Below are positions 17,607-24,778 of a stretch of DNA of 64,000 nt, piece by piece (position 1 is the stretch's first letter; the number at the start of each line of letters is the position of its first letter). Location: positions 1,396-65,395 of IMG/VR virus record IMGVR_UViG_3300010401_000006. One strand, 5' to 3'. The position numbers and the translations under genes are program-made. This DNA is from a virus. The notes under the pieces are model-generated. The model had not been told where the DNA came from. It did no database searches and was given only the letters and a program-made list of their open reading frames with translations.

Positions 17607-17887
17607 GCCTTACCGACGCGGATGCCGGGCCAATCCTTTCCGCATGTCGCAAGGGCGGTGCGATGCCCATGGCAACGCAGGACTGGAAAGGCGTGAGCCG
17701 CAAGTTCTGGCTGATGTCGTATCGCGGCACGCGCTTCGCTTTCCTCACCAACGTGGACGTGACCGCCGTCATCACGTTCCTGCCGGCTGACCATTTCAAG
17801 TCCGGATCGCGCCGGAAGCGCACCCGCTGGCACGCGAAGACCCGCCGGGCGCCGCCGGAAGATCTCATCCAAAGGAAATTGCGATGA
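17549..17887 (+). CDS. RelE/DUF4258-like small protein, uncertain start
   Basis: LTDHAKQRAFERYG...VITFLP; CTG 17549 follows GAAGGGG; alternative GTG 17513. Confidence 0.45.
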   Translation: MHEVLTDHAKQRAFERYGVSLTDADAGPILSACRKGGAMPMATQDWKGVSRKFWLMSYRGTRFAFLTNVDVTAVITFLPADHFKSGSRRKRTRWHAKTRRAPPEDLIQRKLR

Positions 17888-18660
17888 AACGCGTCTATCT
17901 GGCCGTCCCGCCGGTCGAGACCGAATATCCCTATGCCGCGATCCGTGAGGGCGTGCGCCGTTTGGGCTGGCAGGTCATGCCGATGGTTGGCGATATCGAG
18001 GACGCCGATCTGCTCATCACGTGGTCGCCGTGGAACGGGTCGCGCCGCCAAGCCTTGCAGCGGTCATTTGTCGCAGCCGGAAAGCCTGTGATCGTCATGG
18101 AGAACGGCTGGCTGTCCCCGCTCGGGGGGCGAACCTTCTATCAAGTCGCGCTGGACGGCTGGAACGGCACAGGGACGTTCCCTGCGGGCGGCCCGGAGCG
18201 CTGGGAAGGCTGGCGCGTCATGCCGTGGGCTTGGAAGCAGGACGGCTCCTACGCCCTCGTGATCGCCCAGCGGGGCGGTCCCGACGACCCGCGCACGGCG
18301 GCGCGGGACTGGCACAAGACCCTGCACCTCCCGCTGCCGGTCCTCCGGCGCGACCGGGATTGCCCGGAGCCCTTGCACGTCCAGCTCAAGAACGCCGCCG
18401 AATGCCACGTCTGGACCTCCAACGCGGCGTCGTGGGCCATCCTGCTTGGCGTCCCGGTCATCCAGCACGGGCCAAATCTCATGGTCAGCGCGCTTGCCTC
18501 GCGGCCTGGGGAGCCTTTGGTGCGGCCAGAGCGCGGGCCTGAGATGGAGCGGCTGGCATGGTCGCAATTTACGGCGGCCGAGCTCCACAGCGGCGAGCCG
18601 TTCGCCCGGCTGGCTGCGCACTATACTGCCACTATGGTGGCCGGAGCGTCCGCCCCGTGA
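17884..18660 (+). CDS. KpsS/KpsC-like glycosyltransferase, paralog 1
   Basis: VMENGWL...W..W...PW...TSNAASWAILLGVPV. Confidence 0.6.
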   Translation: MKRVYLAVPPVETEYPYAAIREGVRRLGWQVMPMVGDIEDADLLITWSPWNGSRRQALQRSFVAAGKPVIVMENGWLSPLGGRTFYQVALDGWNGTGTFPAGGPERWEGWRVMPWAWKQDGSYALVIAQRGGPDDPRTAARDWHKTLHLPLPVLRRDRDCPEPLHVQLKNAAECHVWTSNAASWAILLGVPVIQHGPNLMVSALASRPGEPLVRPERGPEMERLAWSQFTAAELHSGEPFARLAAHYTATMVAGASAP

Positions 18661-19469
18661 AAGTCGCCTGCCACTTCGATCCCGATAACCGCCGCTCCAC
18701 CCGGATCGCCAAGGCCATGATGACGGGCATCAACGCCTGCGGTGACGAGGCGCACGCCGTGGCCGGCTGGATCAACCAGACATGGGCGGACGTCGGGCTG
18801 GCCTACGGCTGGGCGCATCCCGATGTCATGACGGCCTACCGGCGCTATGTGCACGTGGATCTCGGCTGGTGGGACCGCAAGCCAGAGGGTGCCGTTCTGG
18901 ACGGCTATCACAAGGTCTGCGTGAACCGGCGCATGCCGCCGCCCCTCGGGGGCATGGGATACCCATCCGACCGGTTCGACCGCTTCGGCCTCAAAATTGC
19001 CCCGTGGCGGCAGGGCGGCGGCCCGATCATCCTCGCTGGCATGTCCGCGAAGTCGGCCCACACGCGCGGGCTGGGGCCGCAGGAATGGGAAATGAGCGCT
19101 GTCCTCCGGCTGCGCGCCGTGACGAACCGGCCTGTGATTTATAGACCCAAGCCATCGTGGGTGGACGCCAAGCCGATCCCCGGCACGCTGTTCTCCAAAG
19201 GCGAGGCCATCGAAGCCGTCCTCGCCGGGGCATGGGCGCTCGTCACCCTGCACTCAAACGCCGCAATTGATGCGCTGCTGGCAGGCGTCCCCATCCACGT
19301 CGACGAAGGCCCGGCGGCGCTGTTCTCGACCAAGCTTGAGCAAATCGAATCTCCGCGCACGCCAGATGGCCGCGAGCAATTGATGGCCGATATCGCGTGG
19401 CACCAGTTCAGCGTGCCGGAGATGGAAACCGGCGTGTGCTGGAAGCATGTTAGGGAGCAAATCCAATGA
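18657..19469 (+). CDS. KpsS/KpsC-like glycosyltransferase, paralog 2
   Basis: VDLGWW...DRF....PWR...YRPKP...VTLHSNAAIDALLAGVP. Confidence 0.65.
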   Translation: MKVACHFDPDNRRSTRIAKAMMTGINACGDEAHAVAGWINQTWADVGLAYGWAHPDVMTAYRRYVHVDLGWWDRKPEGAVLDGYHKVCVNRRMPPPLGGMGYPSDRFDRFGLKIAPWRQGGGPIILAGMSAKSAHTRGLGPQEWEMSAVLRLRAVTNRPVIYRPKPSWVDAKPIPGTLFSKGEAIEAVLAGAWALVTLHSNAAIDALLAGVPIHVDEGPAALFSTKLEQIESPRTPDGREQLMADIAWHQFSVPEMETGVCWKHVREQIQ

Positions 19470-19999
19470 ACGAAATTTGGAAGCCTGTCGTCGGGTGGGA
19501 AGGCCTTTACGAAGTCAGCAATCAGGGGCGCGTGCGAAGTCTGGATCGAACCGCCACCTACAACGACGGCATCACCCGAAGCTTTAAGGGGAGAGTTCTT
19601 AGCCCCGGATGTGTCCAAGGATATCTGCAAGCCCACTTGGGTCTTGGGGATCGAAAAGAACAGCGCAAAGTCCATCAACTCGTCCTTGAGGCTTTCGTTG
19701 GCCCGTGCCCGGACGGATGTGAGACGCGCCACCTCGACGGAGAGCGAAGCAATAATCGCCTCACTAACCTCTGTTGGGGAACGAAGATTGAGAACATGGC
19801 GGACAAGCGAGCCCACGGCCGCCAAGGCATCGGCGAGACGCACGGGCGCGCGAAGATCACCGCTGATGACGTGAGAGAAATCCGCGCTACGTATGCGCGT
19901 GGCGGCATCATTCAAAAGCAACTCGCGAGAAAATACGGGATCGCCCAATCGAAGATAAGCGCCATTGTTCGGCGCGAACTGTGGAGGCATGTCGCATGA
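19466..19999 (+). CDS. NUMOD4-HNH homing endonuclease with C-terminal HTH
   Basis: EIWKPVVGWEGLYEVSNQGRVRSL; HQLVLEAFVGP...RHLDG..SNN.L.NL.WGT..EN..D. Confidence 0.9.
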   Translation: MNEIWKPVVGWEGLYEVSNQGRVRSLDRTATYNDGITRSFKGRVLSPGCVQGYLQAHLGLGDRKEQRKVHQLVLEAFVGPCPDGCETRHLDGERSNNRLTNLCWGTKIENMADKRAHGRQGIGETHGRAKITADDVREIRATYARGGIIQKQLARKYGIAQSKISAIVRRELWRHVA

Positions 20000-20874
20000 A
20001 GGGCGTCTTTCTGTTCGCTGAAAAAGGTTATGAGTTGGCCCTCGGTCCGTCACTCATGCGCGGGGCGGCAGCCTGTGGCGATGAGATCGTGATGAAGCCT
20101 CTCGGCGAGTATCAGGGGCCAGAGTTCGATTTCGGCATAATTTGTGGGGTTGTAAAACGCGAGGTGCTTTGGGACCACATCGCAAAGGGCCACCCGATTC
20201 TCTCACTTGACAAGGGCTACATCCGCACCCGCGAAATGTGGAACGACGCATCGATACCATCGTATTGGCGCCTGTGCTGGAACGCCGTGCATCCGACGCG
20301 ATATCTCATGGCGGTGAAGCGCGACCCAGAGCGTGCCGAGCGCATGGGCTGGAAGGTCGGCTGGACCGGCGTGGCTCGCGACCGCAATCAGGGAAAGACC
20401 ATCGTCATCCTCGGGTCATCGGAGAAATTCCACCACACCTGCCACTTGCCGCATCCGACCGAATGGGCCGCAACGCTGGTGCGCGAGATCAGGCAATACA
20501 GCGAGCGCGAGATCGTGCTGAGGCCGAAGCCATCATGGGCCAACGCTGTTCCGGTCGAAGGCACGACATTCGACCACGGCTCAAAGTCAGCGGTGGCAGA
20601 CACCCTCAAGAACGCGCACGTCGCCATCACCTACGGCTCAATCGCGTGCGTCGATTCCGTGCTCGCCGGCGTCCCCGTCATCTGCCTTGGCGATGCCGTG
20701 GCGCGACCGATATCATCCACGATGATCCACGATGTTGAGAACCCGCGTTGGGCCTCAGTCGATGATCGCAACCAGTGGCTTGCCAACCTCGCCTATTGCC
20801 ACTGGCGTCCATCCGAAATTCATGCTGGCCTCGCGTGGGCCACGACAAAGGAGATGCTTCGTTATGCTAAGTGA
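19996..20874 (+). CDS. KpsS/KpsC-like glycosyltransferase, paralog 3
   Basis: LDKGYIR...LRPKP...ITYGSIACVDSVLAGVPV. Confidence 0.65.
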   Translation: MKGVFLFAEKGYELALGPSLMRGAAACGDEIVMKPLGEYQGPEFDFGIICGVVKREVLWDHIAKGHPILSLDKGYIRTREMWNDASIPSYWRLCWNAVHPTRYLMAVKRDPERAERMGWKVGWTGVARDRNQGKTIVILGSSEKFHHTCHLPHPTEWAATLVREIRQYSEREIVLRPKPSWANAVPVEGTTFDHGSKSAVADTLKNAHVAITYGSIACVDSVLAGVPVICLGDAVARPISSTMIHDVENPRWASVDDRNQWLANLAYCHWRPSEIHAGLAWATTKEMLRYAK

Positions 20875-21433
20875 GCGCGGGAAGTACTACGTTAATCAGT
20901 GCGCCATCCATCATTCCCGAAAAAAGACGTTCAGCGGCTACGGGATTTTGAAGCATCTCAAGGCCGTCTACGCGCTTTCGCAGAAGGTTGGCGCAACAAG
21001 CCTGCTCGACTATGGCTGCGGAAAAGGGATGGCGTACAAGGCCGATGGCAAATTCCCCGGCTCAGCCGCGGCGATGGGGTTCGATGTCCCGCCGGGCAGC
21101 AATCTGGAAGACCTGCTGGGTTACAAGGTCTTCAAATATGACCCCGCTGTTCCTGAGTTCGCGACCGAACCAAACGGCTATTTCGACCTCGTAGTTTGTT
21201 CCGACGTCCTCGAACACATCCCCGAGGAAGACATCGACTGGGTGCTCGAACAACTGGTCTGGCGCGCACGCAAGGCGCTGTTCGTGACCGTCGGCATCTA
21301 TCCGGCAAAGAAGACGTTGCCAAACGGAGAGAACGCACACGTCACCGTGAAGCCGGAAGAATGGTGGCGGGAGAAGATCGAGAAGGCGAGCGCGGCGCGG
21401 CCGGAACTGATTGTGGAAGTGCTGGTCGGATGA
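20864..21433 (+). CDS. Class I SAM-dependent methyltransferase
   Basis: LLDYGCGKG; YDPAVPEF; FDLVVCSDVLEHIPEED. Confidence 0.85.
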   Translation: MLSERGKYYVNQCAIHHSRKKTFSGYGILKHLKAVYALSQKVGATSLLDYGCGKGMAYKADGKFPGSAAAMGFDVPPGSNLEDLLGYKVFKYDPAVPEFATEPNGYFDLVVCSDVLEHIPEEDIDWVLEQLVWRARKALFVTVGIYPAKKTLPNGENAHVTVKPEEWWREKIEKASAARPELIVEVLVG

Positions 21434-22209
21434 TCCGAGTCGTCACGACATTCTCTCAGACCGGATGGCTGGAATACGCGCAGCGGTTTGTCGAGACTTT
21501 CAACACGTTTTGGCCGCGCGAGATCGAACTGATCCTCTACGTGGATTGGGCGCTTCCTCTGGCTCAGCGGCCTGTCTTTGGCCGGTCAGTCACCATCCGA
21601 AATCTCAGCGACATCCCAGGCCACGACGATTTCATCCGCGAACTGAGCCCGCATCCGCTGCTTAACGGTCGCGTTCCTCGTGAGTGCTGGAAGTCGAAAG
21701 ACATCGCGGACGGCTACAGCTACCGCACCGACGTCATCAAGTTCTGCCACAAGGTGTTCTGCGTGTGGCACGCCGCGCATGTCGATCCGACCGGAACGCT
21801 TCTGTGGATCGACGCCGATGTGCATACGGTGCGGCCGGTTCCGGTGTCGCTGATAAACGACATCATGGCCAGTTGCGACGTTTCCTATCTTGGGCGTGAC
21901 CGCGCTACGAGTGAATGCGGTTTCCTCGGCTTCAATCTTCCGGCTGCGCGCCCGCTCATCGACACGTGGCACGAGTACTATGTCGAGAACAAATTCGCGG
22001 CCGAGCGCGAATGGCACGACAGCTATCTGTTCGACTGCGCGCGCGAGCGGGTGCAGGGCCTGTATAAGAATATCGCGCTGCCCGGAGCACGCGGGCATGT
22101 GTGGGTCAGTTCGCCACTCGGCCCCTTCACCGATCATCGCAAAGGCGAACGGAAGTCACTCCCCTCCTCCCCTGAATGGAAAGCTGCCTACGGAGACGTG
22201 TCTAAATGA
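21430..22209 (+). CDS. GT-A-type glycosyltransferase
   Basis: FCHKVF...LLWIDADV (DxD)...SECGFLGFNL...EWHDSYLFD. Confidence 0.65.
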   Translation: MIRVVTTFSQTGWLEYAQRFVETFNTFWPREIELILYVDWALPLAQRPVFGRSVTIRNLSDIPGHDDFIRELSPHPLLNGRVPRECWKSKDIADGYSYRTDVIKFCHKVFCVWHAAHVDPTGTLLWIDADVHTVRPVPVSLINDIMASCDVSYLGRDRATSECGFLGFNLPAARPLIDTWHEYYVENKFAAEREWHDSYLFDCARERVQGLYKNIALPGARGHVWVSSPLGPFTDHRKGERKSLPSSPEWKAAYGDVSK

Positions 22210-22865
22210 AGAAGGTCGGAAATTACTGGGTTCCTGATCGGGAGACAATCCAACTCGACGCACTGGCCCGTGGCGTTTGGCAGGGCGATCATCTTGACGC
22301 TGCACTGATGCACGTCCGGCAGTTTCGGACGGCAGTGGACGGCGGCGCCCACATCGGATCGTGGACAATCGAGATGCTCAAACGGTTCAAGCGTGTCTTC
22401 GCCTTTGAGCCGTCGCCAGAAACTTACTTGTGCCTGAACAAAAACTTGCCCGAGTCGGCACTGCATACGGCGATCCCGCTGCGCGTCGCTCTAGGTGAGC
22501 GGCCCGGATGGGCGACGATGGCAGAGGACGGCAAATACTCAAACGGCGGTAACACCGGCGGGCGCTATCTGAGCGGTCAGCCAGACGATATGCACGGCGA
22601 TGTGCAGGTCCAAGTGCTCGACGACTTCGCCATTGAAGACCTCGACTTTCTGAAGCTCGACGTCGAGGGCTACGAACTCTACGCCCTGCGCGGTGCCGAA
22701 CAGACCATCCGCCGATGCCACCCCGTCGTGATGATCGAGGTCAAGCACCGCATTGCCGCCCGGCAGGGGCTGCGCGCGGAGGAGGCAGGCGAATTCCTCG
22801 CCACCCTCGGCTATGTTCCGATCGACAAGATCGGCAGCGATGAGGTTTGGAGTTTCCCGACGTGA
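22206..22865 (+). CDS. FkbM-family methyltransferase
   Basis: AVDGGAHIG.W; FEPSPET; LKLDVEGYE..ALRGA..TI.RC.PV..IE. Confidence 0.9.
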   Translation: MKKVGNYWVPDRETIQLDALARGVWQGDHLDAALMHVRQFRTAVDGGAHIGSWTIEMLKRFKRVFAFEPSPETYLCLNKNLPESALHTAIPLRVALGERPGWATMAEDGKYSNGGNTGGRYLSGQPDDMHGDVQVQVLDDFAIEDLDFLKLDVEGYELYALRGAEQTIRRCHPVVMIEVKHRIAARQGLRAEEAGEFLATLGYVPIDKIGSDEVWSFPT

Positions 22866-23587
22866 GAAAGCAAGTCCGCTGGTACATCGGCCATGATTCG
22901 CGCGAGGGCATCGGCACACGCGTTACCGAGGCTTCCATGCGGTACTGGGGCTCAAAGACCGGCCCGCTGAACATCAAGCGCCTCACTGACCCGGAACTGC
23001 GCCATGCCGGGCTATACCAGCGCCGATACGAGATGAAGGGCGCGCAGAAGATCGACAAGGGCGACGGCCGACCGTTCTCAACCGCCTTTGCCTTCACGCG
23101 GTTTCTGGTCCCAGCGCTCGAGCAATATGAGGGCTGGGCCGGGTTCTCCGACTGCGACTTCCTGTTCCAGCACGACGTTCACGACCTTCTCGACCTTGCC
23201 GACGACCGCTATGCCGTCATGGTCGTGAAGCGGGATCCGATGCCAGCGGCCAGCGACACGAAGATGGACGGCCAGAGCCAGCTTGTTTACCCGCGCAAGA
23301 ACTGGTCGAGCCTTATCCTGTGGAATTGCGCGCACGCCGCGAACCGGTTCCTCACCCCGCATGTCGTCAACACGTCTCCAGGCCAGATGCTCCACCAGTT
23401 CTATTGGCTGGACGACGAAGCCATCGGCGCGCTGCCGGCGGAGTGGAACTGGCTGTCAGGAATTGACCCGCTTCCGGATGAGGGCTGCCCCAAGGCGGTT
23501 CATTTCACTTTAGGGCTTCCGTCGTTCGAGGGCTACGAAGACAGCCCCTACGCAGACCATTGGCGCGAGTTTGCGGATAAGTTATAA
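22862..23587 (+). CDS. GT8-like glycosyltransferase
   Basis: YIGHDSRE...FTRFLVP...FSDCDFL...YPRKNWSS..LWNC...LP.EWNWL...VHFTLG.P. Confidence 0.8.
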   Translation: MRKQVRWYIGHDSREGIGTRVTEASMRYWGSKTGPLNIKRLTDPELRHAGLYQRRYEMKGAQKIDKGDGRPFSTAFAFTRFLVPALEQYEGWAGFSDCDFLFQHDVHDLLDLADDRYAVMVVKRDPMPAASDTKMDGQSQLVYPRKNWSSLILWNCAHAANRFLTPHVVNTSPGQMLHQFYWLDDEAIGALPAEWNWLSGIDPLPDEGCPKAVHFTLGLPSFEGYEDSPYADHWREFADKL

Positions 23588-23643
23588 GCGGAACCTGATT
23601 TTCGCGCCGTGAGGCGCCTGAGCCCGTCGAAGGAGCGAATGCC

Positions 23644-24090
23644 ATGGCCGTTAACACGTCATCCGTTACCGCCCAAGCGGGCCGCAATCTCCTCCTCAAG
23701 ATCAGCGACGGCACGAGCCCGACGACCTATGTGACCGTTGCCGGTCTGCGCGCGACAGACATCACCATGAACGGCGCGACCGTCGACATCACGAACAAAT
23801 CGTCGAACGCGTGGCGCGAATTGCTGCCGAACGCTGGTGTCCGGTCGGTCGACATCACGGCATCCGGTGTCTGGGATTCCTCGGCGCAGAACAACAATCT
23901 GCGCACCCTGATGCTGACGGTCTTGGCCGGCGGCACATTCTTCGAGGGTGAGATCGTCTCCGGCAGCGGCGACAAGTTCACTGGCACGTGGTCGGCCATG
24001 TCGTTCAAACGTGGCGGCAACCACAACGCCGAAGAAACCTTCGACCTCACGCTGCAGTCTCACGGCCCTGTGGTCTACAGCAACCCGTGA
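23644..24090 (+). CDS. Major tail tube protein (TP901-1/GTA family)
   Basis: AQAGRNLLLKI...VAGLRAT.I..N...VDIT.K.S..WRELL..AGVRS..I..SG. Confidence 0.9.
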   Translation: MAVNTSSVTAQAGRNLLLKISDGTSPTTYVTVAGLRATDITMNGATVDITNKSSNAWRELLPNAGVRSVDITASGVWDSSAQNNNLRTLMLTVLAGGTFFEGEIVSGSGDKFTGTWSAMSFKRGGNHNAEETFDLTLQSHGPVVYSNP

Positions 24091-24524
24091 CAAAAGCGAC
24101 CGCAGTGCCGGAAACAGCCCGGCAGGAAATCGAAATTACGCTCGGGGGCAAGACGTTCCTATGCCGTCCGGATTTCGAGACCCTCGCCAATATCGAATTG
24201 CAGATGGGCGAGCCGTGCCGCGGGATGGGCATGAAGGCCCTAGCCGCGATGATGCCGGCCGGGCAGCGCGGCGGCTTCTCCGAAATCTCCATGACCGAGC
24301 TTGCTGCGGCGCTTTACTGGATGCTCAAGGGCAAGAAAGGATCTCCGGCCAGCGTGCAGGCCGTCGGCGAGATCCTGATGGACGAGGGCTGCGCGCCATT
24401 CCTGATGCCTGTGGGACAGTTCCTCACGCGCGCGCACCGCGGCAATGCCGAGCACATGAAGGAGGCCGCGCAGGAGAACGCCGAGACGGACCCTCCTCAG
24501 GAGACGGCCAAGCCAGCCGACTAA
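24087..24524 (+). CDS. Tail assembly chaperone (GTA gp10-like)
   Basis: EITLGGKTF..RP.F..LA.IE; GTGA overlap. Confidence 0.75.
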   Translation: MTKATAVPETARQEIEITLGGKTFLCRPDFETLANIELQMGEPCRGMGMKALAAMMPAGQRGGFSEISMTELAAALYWMLKGKKGSPASVQAVGEILMDEGCAPFLMPVGQFLTRAHRGNAEHMKEAAQENAETDPPQETAKPAD

Positions 24525-24541
24525 CAGACACCGAAGCCTGG

Positions 24542-24778
24542 ATGCAGATCGCGTTCGGCTATCTCGGCTGGACCCCGGAGACGTTCTGGTCCTCCACCAT
24601 TCTTGAGCTTTCCAACGCCTATGTTGGGCACTGCAAGCGCCATGGGCTAGGCCGGTGGGGCGAAAGTCATCTTGACGTTCCGGCCCTGCGGGCTGAAATG
24701 GAGCGCATCAAGGAACTGTATCCTGACGGAAAGATAAGCAAGCGCGACAAGAGGGAGCTTCGCCGTGGCGGCCGGTGA
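24542..24778 (+). CDS. Second tail assembly chaperone segment
   Basis: LGWTPETFW..T..EL motif; -1 frame relative to the previous gene. Confidence 0.6.
   Translation: MQIAFGYLGWTPETFWSSTILELSNAYVGHCKRHGLGRWGESHLDVPALRAEMERIKELYPDGKISKRDKRELRRGGR

Noticed and set aside
24480-24545. Programmed -1 frameshift between tail chaperone ORFs
   Set aside because: Frames are compatible but no canonical XXXYYYZ slippery heptamer was found; an ATG exists at 24542
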